Source: a phage. From it: DNA of 64,000 bases. The notes under the pieces were generated by a model. It worked only from the letters and a program-made list of their open reading frames with translations. It did not search any database and had not been told where the DNA came from. Shown piece by piece: positions 9,797-20,026 of this stretch (the stretch's first letter is position 1; the number at the start of each line of letters is the position of its first letter). Location of the stretch: the sequence record OZ346201.1. One strand, written 5' to 3'. Both the position numbers and the translations under genes were made by a program.

Positions 9797-10270
9797 ATGG
9801 CTATAAACTTTAGACCTACAACAGAGATTGATTTAGCAGGGCACAACTTTGTGATCACCCACTGGGGACCGATGAAAGCAATGAAAAACATGCCTAAAAT
9901 CGGTAAGATTGTGGCTGTCCCGCTAGGTGCTATCGGTGGATCTATTATCTCTGGTGGTCAGAATATGGCAGAGGTCCTTCCTACTGCTCTGGCTTACCTG
10001 TTCCAAGAACTTGATGATAGCTCTATTGAAGAGTTATTTAAAATCTTGTTCGAAGATATTACCGTAGATGGTGTGGATAAGCTTAACCCAGATGTTGTGT
10101 TTGCAGGGCATCTGCTGGAGATGATTAAGCTGGCAGGTAAGGTTCTGGAGGTTAACTACGGCTGTTTTTTCACACAAGACGGTTTAGGAAGCCTTCTGGA
10201 GATGTTACAGCAGATGGGTATGATTCAGCAGGTGAACAACCTGGATCAGACTCCGGAAGAGCAGGAATAA
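9797..10270 (+). CDS. tail assembly chaperone
   Basis: 157 aa, directly upstream of the tape measure; contains slippery heptamer T_TTT_TTC at 10165-10171. Confidence 0.5.
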   Translation: MAINFRPTTEIDLAGHNFVITHWGPMKAMKNMPKIGKIVAVPLGAIGGSIISGGQNMAEVLPTALAYLFQELDDSSIEELFKILFEDITVDGVDKLNPDVVFAGHLLEMIKLAGKVLEVNYGCFFTQDGLGSLLEMLQQMGMIQQVNNLDQTPEEQE

Positions 10271-10530
10271 GCAAGGTTGTTGTGAGGGCCAGTGAGTGGG
10301 CAGCCAAGAACAGTTCACTCAACTGGTTCGACTTTCTTTGGTGTAGGGTGCTCAAGAATTTCAAAGGGGAAAATTTTGAATCGCTAAATCTTGCAGATAT
10401 GGCGTATTTCCTGAAGCTCTGTGAGTATCTTGATATCGAAGAATTCCTAGATACCGTCCAAAACAGGGAAATGGAGCGGGAGCAGAAGGCTGCCGCAGCT
10501 GCTGCGAAAGCTAAGCGCAGGAGAGGATAA
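10171..10530 (+). CDS. tail assembly chaperone -1 frameshift extension
   Basis: The -1 frame is open from 10156 to 10530 (track ORF 10282..10530 lies within it). Slip at TTTTTTC would fuse chaperone residues 1-125 to about 120 aa ending in an Ala/Lys/Arg-rich tail. Confidence 0.4.
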   Translation, partial: HTRRFRKPSGDVTADGYDSAGEQPGSDSGRAGISKVVVRASEWAAKNSSLNWFDFLWCRVLKNFKGENFESLNLADMAYFLKLCEYLDIEEFLDTVQNREMEREQKAAAAAAKAKRRRG

Positions 10531-10584
10531 TCTAAGGGCCGGATTCCTTTTCTGGGATCTGGCCCTTTTTATTATGAGGAAACC

Positions 10585-12921
10585 ATGGCTACAAACAAAA
10601 TAGTTGCCACAACAGTCAACAAGATTGGCTTTGAGATAGAGAACTCCTCCTACAAAAAAGCTGTAGAGAAAATTCGCAGTATTGGGAGGGAGTTCAGGAA
10701 ACTGGGCGAGGATTTTAACTCAGCCAACCCCATGAGTAGATGGCAGGCGGTAGCTGTTAAAACCCAGCAGACAATGCAGAGGGTTGCCAGACAGCAATCT
10801 CAGGCAAATGCTAAACTGCACAGAGAGAGCGTAGCACAGGCCAAGAAAGAGGCTGCAGTAAGGGCTGCAATAGAACGTAGGGAGAATGCGAGACGTAAAC
10901 AAGCTGTAGGTAATCTTACCGCTAAAAATCCAGAAATGGCTAGGATGCGTAAGTTCTACCAGCAGCAAGCTAAAGAGGCCAAAAAGGCTGCCAAATCTGC
11001 ACCAGTGTCTTACGGTGGTTATAAGGCACCTAAGGCAAGAGTTTTGGCTAATGCCAAATCTTTCAAATATATCCCCGGTAACCCTAATATGGGTGGTGTG
11101 GCTTCCGACCCTAACCTTGTGAAAGCTCAGACAGCCGCTATGAATCGTTATCATAGACAGCTAAGAAGAGACAGTAAAGCTGGTATGGATAATAGGCTTA
11201 TGTCGGATCGTGAGGCAAGGAGAACCCACCTCTACAACTCCGCGATAAGACTTTCTGCCAAGTATGGGGCCGGATTCCGTGGAAGCTTGCCAGGATACTC
11301 AGAGTTAGAGTCCAGGTTTGCTCGCGGGGAGATGAAGAAGTCAACCTTTAACGCCCACCTGTCAGCGCTGCAGTCTGGGTTTAAAAGCGCCACCAGCCAA
11401 ACGCTTACACTAGGCGATGCCATGAGAGACTTACGTAGATCTGTTATTAATGCAACAGCTGCGTATACAGCTTTTTCTGGATTTGCTGCGGTTAACAGAT
11501 CCGGTCACATGATGGAGGGGGCAAGTGCTGCTCTTACTGCTGTTACTGGAGATCCAAACAAAGCCAACAGTGAGGTTGCGTTTGTCCAGCAAGAGGCTAT
11601 GCGTCTTGGTTTTGATCTCAAATCTGGTCTTCAAGGTTACGCCCAGATGTCGGTAAACGCCAAAAACCAGATGACAAATCAGGAAGTGCATGAGCTGTTT
11701 TCTGCATACTCACAGTATGCTGCTGCTTATGGTGCCGATGAGGTAAAATACCAGCGCGGTATTATGGCTATCCAACAGATGCTTGGCAAGGGACAAGTAA
11801 TGTCCGAAGAACTGAAGCAACAACTTGCTGAAGCATTGCCCGGTGCATACGAACCTTTTATCAAGGCCACCAAAGAGGCTTTTGGTCTTTCTGAACTCTC
11901 CATGGATCAGTTCATGGACATGATGAAGAAAGGTGAGGTTAAAACAGCCAAGATCATGAAGTATGTGGCTAAGTACATGAACGAGGCATCTGCAGCTGGT
12001 TATGAAAGAATGCAGAAGTCTAACGTGCTGGCAGAAAACAGACTGAAAACCTTTATCGAACTGACTCGTCAGAAACTGTTCACCCGTTGGTCTGACGAAC
12101 TAACAGAGTTCTATTATACACTAATCCGCACTGGTGAGACTCTGCAATTTGTGTGGGATGCCTCTGGTGATTTTGTTAGCGGGTTTGTGAGAGGCCTTAA
12201 CTGGGTAGTTGGTGAACTGAACAACACTATAGTCAAGATCCGCATGTTTTTCCTTGAATGGGGGATTAAATGGGGGTTCATAACAGCTAAGACGAAGGAA
12301 TATTCTGAAGAGCTTCATGACACCTTTAGCTATGCTAAATGGGCAGGGTTTGCTGCTGCCATCATGCTGGTCGTCAACGCCCTAACAAAAGGTTTTGTCA
12401 TGACATCTATGCTTGTAAAAACCTTTAAATTCCTTAGCTCTCTAAGGGGTGCAGCTGGAGTAGCAGGTGCCGCTACTACAGAAGGATCTGGTGGTGGCGC
12501 TCCGGCAGGAAAAGGGGGAGGTGGCCTCAAGACACCTGGTGGCAAAGTTGGTCTGCTCGGTAAGCTGGGTATTATCGGTATAATACTAAGCGCCAGGGAA
12601 TTATTTAATGACCGTTACAACCCACTAAGTGAAAGAAATCAGCAGCTGGATACTATCAGCGATATGATTCGCAAAGATATCATATCGGGAGGTAACGGAT
12701 TTGTTAATCCTTTGGACACCTTACCGGGCGGTACTCTTCCGTTGCCAGGTGGCCCTGGTTTTGCTTCTCAATTAAGAACTATGGAAATGCTACCTTTAGA
12801 GATTAGTGATGGGAAAATCACGATTTCAATAGATGAGGGTGAGTTTAGCAAAATACTTGATGCAAAACTTGAGTGGGAGAATAACAAAGATATTAACTTT
12901 ATGTCAACAGATCTTTGGTAA
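10585..12921 (+). CDS. tail tape measure protein
   Basis: 778 aa, RBS GAGGAAA; long helical Ala/Gln/Lys-rich N-terminal half, Gly-rich hydrophobic segment (GAAGVAGAATTEGSGGGAPAGKGGGG); follows the chaperone pair. Confidence 0.7.
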   Translation: MATNKIVATTVNKIGFEIENSSYKKAVEKIRSIGREFRKLGEDFNSANPMSRWQAVAVKTQQTMQRVARQQSQANAKLHRESVAQAKKEAAVRAAIERRENARRKQAVGNLTAKNPEMARMRKFYQQQAKEAKKAAKSAPVSYGGYKAPKARVLANAKSFKYIPGNPNMGGVASDPNLVKAQTAAMNRYHRQLRRDSKAGMDNRLMSDREARRTHLYNSAIRLSAKYGAGFRGSLPGYSELESRFARGEMKKSTFNAHLSALQSGFKSATSQTLTLGDAMRDLRRSVINATAAYTAFSGFAAVNRSGHMMEGASAALTAVTGDPNKANSEVAFVQQEAMRLGFDLKSGLQGYAQMSVNAKNQMTNQEVHELFSAYSQYAAAYGADEVKYQRGIMAIQQMLGKGQVMSEELKQQLAEALPGAYEPFIKATKEAFGLSELSMDQFMDMMKKGEVKTAKIMKYVAKYMNEASAAGYERMQKSNVLAENRLKTFIELTRQKLFTRWSDELTEFYYTLIRTGETLQFVWDASGDFVSGFVRGLNWVVGELNNTIVKIRMFFLEWGIKWGFITAKTKEYSEELHDTFSYAKWAGFAAAIMLVVNALTKGFVMTSMLVKTFKFLSSLRGAAGVAGAATTEGSGGGAPAGKGGGGLKTPGGKVGLLGKLGIIGIILSARELFNDRYNPLSERNQQLDTISDMIRKDIISGGNGFVNPLDTLPGGTLPLPGGPGFASQLRTMEMLPLEISDGKITISIDEGEFSKILDAKLEWENNKDINFMSTDLW

Positions 12922-12933
12922 TAAACTGTGCAG

Positions 12934-12957
12934 GGGGGCTCCGGCCCCCTTTATTTT
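12934..12957 (+). terminator. intrinsic terminator after tape measure gene
   Basis: GGGGGC-TCCG-GCCCCC followed by TTTATTTTAT. Confidence 0.55.
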
Positions 12958-12964
12958 ATCGGTG

Positions 12965-12993
12965 TTGTAAAAACGGCTATTTTATGATACAAT
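12965..12993 (+). promoter_or_regulatory. sigma70-like promoter TTGTAA-N17-TACAAT
   Basis: -35 TTGTAA, 17-nt spacer, TG-extended -10 (TGATACAAT). Confidence 0.45.
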
Positions 12994-13026
12994 ATCTAGA
13001 TGGTATCGGAGTGTCCTGGAGAGGTT

Positions 13027-13911
13027 ATGCCAAGCAATATAGTTGATGAAAAAGACCTGTACAAGCCTCAAGAGGTTAAATCTCCAAAGGCTGAAAAGGC
13101 AGAGCAGCAAACTGAAAGCGATGTAAAGTACACTATGTTTGTCAGCGGTCTTAACTATGGCGGTCGCAATACGGAGATGAAGGGTAAAAACTTTACTAAC
13201 GATCTTGCCATTATCTTCGATCAGGTTGAGAATTACTCTTTCAAACATTCTGTTGATAAGACTGGGTTTGCGGTGGAAGATAAATCTACCCTGTCAGACC
13301 ACGCTGTAATTAAAGATGGTGTATTTTCTTTTACTGGTAGGGTAAATACATCACCACATATAATCTATGAGCAAAACTACATTGACAGGAATACTGACTC
13401 TAAAAACCCTGCAGCGTCTATGCGACCAGGCGCTGCACTGGAGGCTTTGACTGAGATCATTAATAAGCGCCAGTTGGTTTCTTTGGTTACCGAGGAGAGA
13501 CTCCTTGAGAACTACATCATAACCAGCCTTTCTGCCAACAAGTCTGTTGGTGAAGGTGCTGCGATGGTGTTTGATGTAGAACTTACAGAGTTCCGCACAT
13601 TCTACTTGAATAAGGTTGTTAATGCAACTGTATACAGCAATCCTAAGAAAGTAGGCAAGACCCAACAAAAAGGCGCTGTCAACGACTGTAAGAATGGTAG
13701 TAACGTAGGTAACAAGAGGGACACAGGAGCATTCGCAGACACTGCATCCACAAACGCTGCAGAGGAGTGGCAGCCATACAAATCTATGATGTGGACAGAT
13801 GAAAACGGTGTTACCCAATCGGCTGCGGATTGGTATTATCAGGAATATGGAAGACCTTCTACCATAGTCCCATCTGAGCAGGGAAACTACAACAAAGTTA
13901 ACGGGAAATAA
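13027..13911 (+). CDS. hypothetical tail/baseplate protein
   Basis: Track ORF starts at ATG 13000, only 7 nt after the -10; ATG 13027 after GGAGAGG is preferred. Confidence 0.4.
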   Translation: MPSNIVDEKDLYKPQEVKSPKAEKAEQQTESDVKYTMFVSGLNYGGRNTEMKGKNFTNDLAIIFDQVENYSFKHSVDKTGFAVEDKSTLSDHAVIKDGVFSFTGRVNTSPHIIYEQNYIDRNTDSKNPAASMRPGAALEALTEIINKRQLVSLVTEERLLENYIITSLSANKSVGEGAAMVFDVELTEFRTFYLNKVVNATVYSNPKKVGKTQQKGAVNDCKNGSNVGNKRDTGAFADTASTNAAEEWQPYKSMMWTDENGVTQSAADWYYQEYGRPSTIVPSEQGNYNKVNGK

Positions 13912-13923
13912 GGGGAGCGTATA

Positions 13924-14304
13924 ATGGAGCTTAAAGATTGGTGCATAATCACCTTTGTGTGGGACATTGACGGCTTTCCTGATCAAACCATGCGTGTTGT
14001 TTTAGACAATGAAACGTATGAAATGCGTATGCAATGGAATGAGAGGGATGAGTCCTGGTGGTTATCTCTTGGTCCAGTAGGTGACAGCCCTTTAGTAACT
14101 AGAAAAGTAACAGCTTGTCAAGATATTTTAGACGGACTGCATTACAGAGATGATTTACCGAAAGGTAGACTGATGGCGCTGTCGTTTAAAGACGATCAAT
14201 ATTGGGGCAGGGTTGGAAGATATAACCTTGGGGCGAGATCTGAGCTACAACTTGTATACGGCACCCCGGTTGATCTTTACAAGGAACAGCAAGGGTTAGA
14301 ATAA
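13924..14304 (+). CDS. hypothetical baseplate-module protein
   Basis: 126 aa, RBS AAGGGGAG; translationally coupled to the next gene. Confidence 0.4.
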   Translation: MELKDWCIITFVWDIDGFPDQTMRVVLDNETYEMRMQWNERDESWWLSLGPVGDSPLVTRKVTACQDILDGLHYRDDLPKGRLMALSFKDDQYWGRVGRYNLGARSELQLVYGTPVDLYKEQQGLE

Positions 14305-15308
14305 TGGCAGAGTACAGACGTAGAACATGGCGATTATTGTTTGGTCGTCCTGTAGAACATGGCGGCAAATCAAAAACCAATATCCCAAAATCTGTTGAAA
14401 AGAAAGGGGAGAGTGATTCCGGAGTTTATGAAGTTAGCTCGGACACTGGTGCTGCCAATATAGAGTTTGACATACAAAAGGACAATACCAAAGAGCCAAA
14501 CAAAGGTTATGTGACAGTTTACAACCTGTCTGACGATACAGTTAACTATCTGGATATGCATCAGGCTGATGCCCTTGCAGTTATGTTTGAAGCTGGCTAT
14601 GATAATGAGAACCAGTTGATATTCTCCGGAACTGTGGAGTTTGTTGAAGACAGGTGGGAAGGCCCGACCAGAAAAACTAAGTTCATCTTTGGGGATGGCA
14701 CTGAGAACATCATTAAGTGCCAAAGCACAAGATCTTATCAGAAAGGCACACCTCTGAACTCTGTGCTTAATGACCTACTGAAGGATATGAACTTGCCAAA
14801 AGGTAGGGTTGTGGGTTTTGGAAACCAGACTCTGCAATACTCTATGGCTTTCTCTGGAAACACTGCAGAGAACCTCCGCAGGTTTGCAAGGCTGACCAAC
14901 TCAACATTTAGCGTTCAGGATGGAGCTTTGTATTGGACCAAGGTTGGGAAAAGGTTCAAAGACTCTGTGTTTGAAATAAGTGCAGAGTCTGGGATGCACG
15001 GATCTCCTACCCCTAAAAACCCAGAACCTGCTAAAAAACGAAAAGCTAAAGCTGCTGCCAAAGGTGGTTCGACATCTAAAAAGAAAAAGAAAAACCCGAG
15101 AGAGGATGTTGGCCTTACTGTAACCACATGCCTTAACGGAGCTATCCTCCCAGAGTCCACTATTTATCTTAAAAGCAAGCAATATACAGGATTCTACAAA
15201 GTGATCACGGTGCATCATAAGGGCACCATAGAAGGCGGTGATTACACTACAGAGCTTGGCCTTGGGGAAACAGTGGGTGGGGTTGTTGACAAAACTGAGG
15301 AGGTATAA
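14304..15308 (+). CDS. putative baseplate hub / tail protein
   Basis: 334 aa, internal Lys-rich linker (PAKKRKAKAAAKGGSTSKKKKKNP); upstream of the spike gene. Confidence 0.35.
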   Translation: MAEYRRRTWRLLFGRPVEHGGKSKTNIPKSVEKKGESDSGVYEVSSDTGAANIEFDIQKDNTKEPNKGYVTVYNLSDDTVNYLDMHQADALAVMFEAGYDNENQLIFSGTVEFVEDRWEGPTRKTKFIFGDGTENIIKCQSTRSYQKGTPLNSVLNDLLKDMNLPKGRVVGFGNQTLQYSMAFSGNTAENLRRFARLTNSTFSVQDGALYWTKVGKRFKDSVFEISAESGMHGSPTPKNPEPAKKRKAKAAAKGGSTSKKKKKNPREDVGLTVTTCLNGAILPESTIYLKSKQYTGFYKVITVHHKGTIEGGDYTTELGLGETVGGVVDKTEEV

Positions 15309-15985
15309 TGGCAATAAATAGGAAAGATGCTGCTGTAAGATCCTTTATAGAAAAAATAATGAGGGACTACCACACCAGTATCAGGGCCAGAGTTGTCAGT
15401 GTTGACTACAGTATACCTTCTGCAGCCGTGCAGCCAATAGCTGAAACTACGTTTGATGACGGAGATGTGGAGAGGTACCCTCTTATCTATGACGTTCCAA
15501 TTCAGGTGATGTCTGCAAACAGTGGGAAGGCAAGGTTAACACTTCCTATTAAGGCTGGAGATGTTGTAGGATTACAGTTTTCAGAGAGAAATGAAAACAA
15601 TAACGACGATCAACAAACTCACGGCCTGTTTCCAGGGTGGGCAATCACCTCTGTCCATTCAGACTCAAACGCTTTACAGATCGATCCTGATAACGTAGAG
15701 TTATGGAATGATAGGGTTTATTTTAAACTGACACCTTCTGGCGATTTTGAGCTTCAAACACCCGGTGGGACATTACGGTGCGACAGCAGCGGGGAGTTTT
15801 CTTTCACTAACGGGGCTGCCAATTTGCGAGCTGCTGTGGATGGAAATATCAGAATGAATGGTGCCACAATAGACCCATCTGGTAGAATTATAACTGCTGC
15901 TGGTGTGGATTTGGATTCATTCTATGCAGAATATAAAGGTCATACCCACTCTTGCCCTGACGGCGAGACAAGTGGACCGCACTAA
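15308..15985 (+). CDS. baseplate central spike protein (gpV-like, putative)
   Basis: 225 aa, RBS GAGGAGG; C-terminal GHTHSCPDGETSGPH His-x-His motif resembling metal-binding spike tips. Confidence 0.4.
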   Translation: MAINRKDAAVRSFIEKIMRDYHTSIRARVVSVDYSIPSAAVQPIAETTFDDGDVERYPLIYDVPIQVMSANSGKARLTLPIKAGDVVGLQFSERNENNNDDQQTHGLFPGWAITSVHSDSNALQIDPDNVELWNDRVYFKLTPSGDFELQTPGGTLRCDSSGEFSFTNGAANLRAAVDGNIRMNGATIDPSGRIITAAGVDLDSFYAEYKGHTHSCPDGETSGPH

Positions 15986-15997
15986 TAGAGGGCTTTC

Positions 15998-16714
15998 ATG
16001 GCTACGCTTTATAGTGATATATTGATGGACCCACAAACAGGCGATTTGGCGATAGACAAAGGTCTTGAGTTGATAGATTCAAACCAAGTAAGTCTGCGCC
16101 AGCGCTTGTGGATGAGGTTTAATACGTGGAAGGGGAGCTGGTACTTTGACGAGTTGTTTGGCTTCCCTTATATGGACTTTCTCAGTAAGAAGGTCATGAA
16201 GACTGTTCTTGATAACAAGATCATGGAAGTGGCAAGACAAGAGCCGGATGTGCTAAACATCATAAACTTCCAGTCTACCATGGATCGAAGATCGAGAACA
16301 TACCAAGCGTTCTTTGAGGTTGTTACCAAAGAGAACGAGATTGTAAGACTGGCTTTCGTAGGTCTTGATCAGTTCGCCTACCCACAGCCTGATTCTGGGA
16401 CAACCTCTCTCTGTGATGATGAGGGTTGGATTAAGTGGGCTAATAAACTGTACTACCTGATCAACTTCAGATTACCTAGAACCGGAGATGCCACATGGTG
16501 GAACCAGTATGCTGGTCCTGAGATGGAAAACCCGATCCCTGTAGGCTCTCTGTTGACTCAGGATAAAGATCTGCTGATGACTGAGGCAGAACAAACCATT
16601 AACCGCAATACCTGGACGCTTGCTCCAGATGAGCGCGAATACTCTGGTGTTATTGCTACCTCCAATGATGAGGCTATTGCCAACCAGTCTGGTCGTGCTA
16701 TTGATGTTAACTAA
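15998..16714 (+). CDS. putative baseplate protein
   Basis: 238 aa, RBS AGAGGG; in baseplate cluster. Confidence 0.35.
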   Translation: MATLYSDILMDPQTGDLAIDKGLELIDSNQVSLRQRLWMRFNTWKGSWYFDELFGFPYMDFLSKKVMKTVLDNKIMEVARQEPDVLNIINFQSTMDRRSRTYQAFFEVVTKENEIVRLAFVGLDQFAYPQPDSGTTSLCDDEGWIKWANKLYYLINFRLPRTGDATWWNQYAGPEMENPIPVGSLLTQDKDLLMTEAEQTINRNTWTLAPDEREYSGVIATSNDEAIANQSGRAIDVN

Positions 16715-16723
16715 GGAGAAATC

Positions 16724-17392
16724 ATGGCTGTAGCTTATCCTACAATACCAATTCCAGATCTTGAAGATGCAGAAACAGTCCTGAGTGATGACTTCTTGGT
16801 TGTCAACCAGACTGATGGGACAAGAAAGGCTAAGATTGACGATGTTGTCAACGATCTTAGCATTACTAAGATAGTCTATTTCACAGAGGGTGGTTATCTT
16901 AAGAGCAAGAAGGACTTTGCTTATGACCCAGAAACTAAGCGCTACTACACGTGGAACGGGGATTATCCTAAAATAATCCTCCCAGACTCCACTGTAGAAG
17001 GTGCTGGGGGTGTGTCTGCAAATGCCTGGTCTGTTTTTGGCGAGCTTGCTGCAACTTCTTCTGGCAGAATAGTTGATTACGGATCTATCGGTGGTCAGCT
17101 TGATATGGATCTTGAAGTTGCGGATACCTTTAAGGTTCGACTAACTTCAAATACCACAATCTCTTTTGAAAATCAAACAGAAGGTCTTGAAGGGGTGGCG
17201 AGAACTATAACCGTATGCATTACTCAGACCTCTGGCGGCAACAAAGTCTATTGGCCTGGTAATGTTGAATGGTCCTACGGAAGAGATCCTATCCTAACAT
17301 TTACAGCTGGTGCAACAGACATTTTCAAGTTGGAAACCTACGACAACGGGTTAACTTGGTACGGGGCACTGATTATCGCAGGAGCTATCTAA
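16724..17392 (+). CDS. tail protein sharing the N-terminal domain of the 1272-aa fibre
   Basis: 222 aa; N-terminal 100 aa align with the N-terminus of the 20027..23845 product (DDxLVVxQxDxTRxxKIxDVV...F.EGG.L...DFAY...AW.V). Confidence 0.45.
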   Translation: MAVAYPTIPIPDLEDAETVLSDDFLVVNQTDGTRKAKIDDVVNDLSITKIVYFTEGGYLKSKKDFAYDPETKRYYTWNGDYPKIILPDSTVEGAGGVSANAWSVFGELAATSSGRIVDYGSIGGQLDMDLEVADTFKVRLTSNTTISFENQTEGLEGVARTITVCITQTSGGNKVYWPGNVEWSYGRDPILTFTAGATDIFKLETYDNGLTWYGALIIAGAI

Positions 17393-17393
17393 G

Positions 17394-19991
17394 ATGCGTA
17401 TTCAACACAACATTGATAACGTATTTCAGATGATTGAGGGGCACAGGAAGTGCCTCGATAACAACACAGGTATTACCAACACCCCTACACAAAATAAGCT
17501 AGTAAACCCTGATGGTCTTATAGCTGCAGGGTGGGCAGGTGATAAGATAAATAATGATTGGGCAATGCATGAGTCCCAAGCTGTGTTGATTCTGGGATAC
17601 ATTGAAGCATACAGGGCATCGAAAAGCGATTTCTATCTGGGTAGGGCAAAAGATGCTTGGGAAGCTTACAATAGCCATCTTCTGGGTGCATATGCAGTAG
17701 AAAGTAAAATGCAAAGATTGTCCCACTACCCCCTATCCACAGATGGGGTTCCATCACATGGTGGGTTTAAAGATGTGGTGGTGTCTTTTACCAACGGTAG
17801 AGGAAAAATCCCAGCTGGATCTCCGACATGGGGAGAATACCTTGACAAAGCATTCCAAGCGTATAACGGTGTGTTAGGAAGAAACACTGTAGACTCTGAT
17901 GTTTACGGTGGCACAGATGCTAACCCAGATTGGACAACATCCGGATTAAGTTGGTGGGTTGAGTGGTACATAGCATGGGATGGTAACCGCTATTGGGCTA
18001 ACGGTAGCATAGCCGACAGTGGTCATACGTCTGTAGAGTTCGGCACAATCCAATTACAAGATAAGGGTGTTACAGGCAGCCACAAGGTGACCTATTGTGT
18101 AAGATTACCTCAAGAGCAGGGCGGATCGGTGATACCTGCAGGATCCCCTGTAATTGTAAATCCTATAAACGTGGTTGCAGATAATCAGGCCCCAGAGTTG
18201 GACGGGGAAGAAATGTGGTGTGACGCTTGTTATCAACTCTACACCTTGACAGGTGAGGAAAAGTATTACACCGCGTTTAAACAGTCTTACAACAAATTGC
18301 TTAATTTCAGTGATATAAACGCCTACGACAAACTGTTTAGGAAGACCACGTTGATTAAGGCACCGTTTACAGATGGTACTTGCCTTGTTGCAGGAACAGT
18401 TCCTGCCATGAGCAGGGACAGTGACGGGTATATCAATTTTAGAATGAACGCACGCCAGCCTTGCGAAATAATTCAAAAAGGGACTACATACAAAATAGGC
18501 AGAGATGCTGAAATTGTTATGAATTTCGGAGGAGAAGGGGTTCTGTTCCAGCCACATTTCATCCTTAATGATGGCAACAATAACAAAAAACAGTACAGGA
18601 TAGGGGTTCCTTTTGGAGGGGCAGAGGTAACAGAAATAGTTGCCAAGGTTACTGATTTCGTAGAGGTAGTTGGTAAAGACGGTAATCCGTATCTCTTACC
18701 TAAAGAGGAAAACATTGTCGTAAGCGGTGGCGCTAGTGTTAGTATGCAGTATGATACCGACATTTACAACCACTCTGACAACTTCACCCGTTGTAATATA
18801 GCAAGAGGTAAAGTAACTTTCAATTTTGGGAGAGAGATTTCTTTAAACTCAGTAACTTATCGATCAGATGATGAGATGGTAAGGGTCAAATTTCTTGACA
18901 AAGATAGGTGGTTATGGTATGCTGATCTATATGCCACTAATGGACAATGGATAACAGAAACTCTTACTCTAGGAGATTTCAAACTAGATCCGACACAACC
19001 TCATCACACCGAAGAAGAGATTAAACCTTTCTTTGCTAATCCTAAGGGGCTCACCTCTGTAGATTTCAGCCTAAGCGACAGGCAGATAGGTAATGGCTTG
19101 TTTGATCTGTACTGCGTAAACACGCTGCCGCAGTTCTATATTGCAGATAGGGATGCTTATCTAATATGGTTTAGCGTATGGATGGCAAGCAAGACAGAAT
19201 CAACCGCTAAGGTTGGTGATTGCTATGTCAGAAACTACAAGCAAGGTGCATACAGGCACACACCAGGTGTGTTCCCTGCCGGAAAGGTGATAGATAAGGA
19301 AAACTATCTCTTAGAGGAAAAGCCAAATTGGCCCTACCCTGGCATGCAATACCCAGCAGTATACTGCATGGGTGCAGAAAACATAGATCGCCATAGATTG
19401 TCAAATACAATAGGCTTTCTGTATGACGCTCAAGTCTGGTATAATAATACATTTAAGACAGAGGGTCCAGTTGCCTCGCGTTATGTATGGCAGAGAGGTA
19501 ATGAAGGGCTGACTGGTTGGTGGGAGATGGTAGATAACTCTAAGCTCCAGTCAAGATCTTTTGTTGCTGCGTGCCGCACAATCTATGAGCTCAAGAAACA
19601 TAAAGAACCTGTTGATGAAAGATTATTCCTGTTCTGCCAGAAATGGGCATGGTTCCTCAACAGATTCCAGTCATCTCATTCAGGAAATCTGCCTACAGAC
19701 TTTAACACCTCTGGGGGATATTCTTATCAAGACAGAGGGGACAGGATGTGGGTGGTAGGTGAATGGCTTGCAGGTTGCTGCTGGCTAGGTCTGTGCGGGT
19801 ATTCAGAGACAATACCTCAAATAGACATTGTTGTAGAAGCCTGTATGAAGCTACTGCAAAAGCACCACTTCATCAATGGGGATAATGTTTTAAACGGCTG
19901 CTGGGCAGTTTCTGATCCGGTGGGCTATCACTCTGGCGAAATCCTTCGCGGTCTGGGCCTTTATGCTCAATACCGTGGATTGTACCTTTAA
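17394..19991 (+). CDS. large tail/baseplate protein, unknown function
   Basis: 865 aa, Trp/Tyr-rich; possible enzymatic domain but no motif recognised. Confidence 0.4.
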   Translation: MRIQHNIDNVFQMIEGHRKCLDNNTGITNTPTQNKLVNPDGLIAAGWAGDKINNDWAMHESQAVLILGYIEAYRASKSDFYLGRAKDAWEAYNSHLLGAYAVESKMQRLSHYPLSTDGVPSHGGFKDVVVSFTNGRGKIPAGSPTWGEYLDKAFQAYNGVLGRNTVDSDVYGGTDANPDWTTSGLSWWVEWYIAWDGNRYWANGSIADSGHTSVEFGTIQLQDKGVTGSHKVTYCVRLPQEQGGSVIPAGSPVIVNPINVVADNQAPELDGEEMWCDACYQLYTLTGEEKYYTAFKQSYNKLLNFSDINAYDKLFRKTTLIKAPFTDGTCLVAGTVPAMSRDSDGYINFRMNARQPCEIIQKGTTYKIGRDAEIVMNFGGEGVLFQPHFILNDGNNNKKQYRIGVPFGGAEVTEIVAKVTDFVEVVGKDGNPYLLPKEENIVVSGGASVSMQYDTDIYNHSDNFTRCNIARGKVTFNFGREISLNSVTYRSDDEMVRVKFLDKDRWLWYADLYATNGQWITETLTLGDFKLDPTQPHHTEEEIKPFFANPKGLTSVDFSLSDRQIGNGLFDLYCVNTLPQFYIADRDAYLIWFSVWMASKTESTAKVGDCYVRNYKQGAYRHTPGVFPAGKVIDKENYLLEEKPNWPYPGMQYPAVYCMGAENIDRHRLSNTIGFLYDAQVWYNNTFKTEGPVASRYVWQRGNEGLTGWWEMVDNSKLQSRSFVAACRTIYELKKHKEPVDERLFLFCQKWAWFLNRFQSSHSGNLPTDFNTSGGYSYQDRGDRMWVVGEWLAGCCWLGLCGYSETIPQIDIVVEACMKLLQKHHFINGDNVLNGCWAVSDPVGYHSGEILRGLGLYAQYRGLYL

Positions 19992-20026
19992 CATAGGGGG
20001 CTGTTTGCCCCCTTTCAGGAGAAAGA

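Noticed and set aside
13351-13986. 211-aa minus-strand ORF inside the late structural block
   Set aside because: It lies antisense within two well-supported plus-strand genes in a uniformly rightward operon, with no RBS or promoter context; treated as a spurious antisense ORF. The same reasoning applies to other antisense ORFs in 1..44547, e.g. 8164..8607, 18105..18557, 20795..21307, 24185..24841, 26620..27207 and 40750..41352.
17394-19991. 865-aa tail protein as a glycoside hydrolase or depolymerase
   Set aside because: Only a vague compositional resemblance (Trp/Tyr-rich, alpha/alpha-barrel-like feel); no catalytic motif identified, so no enzymatic call was made.
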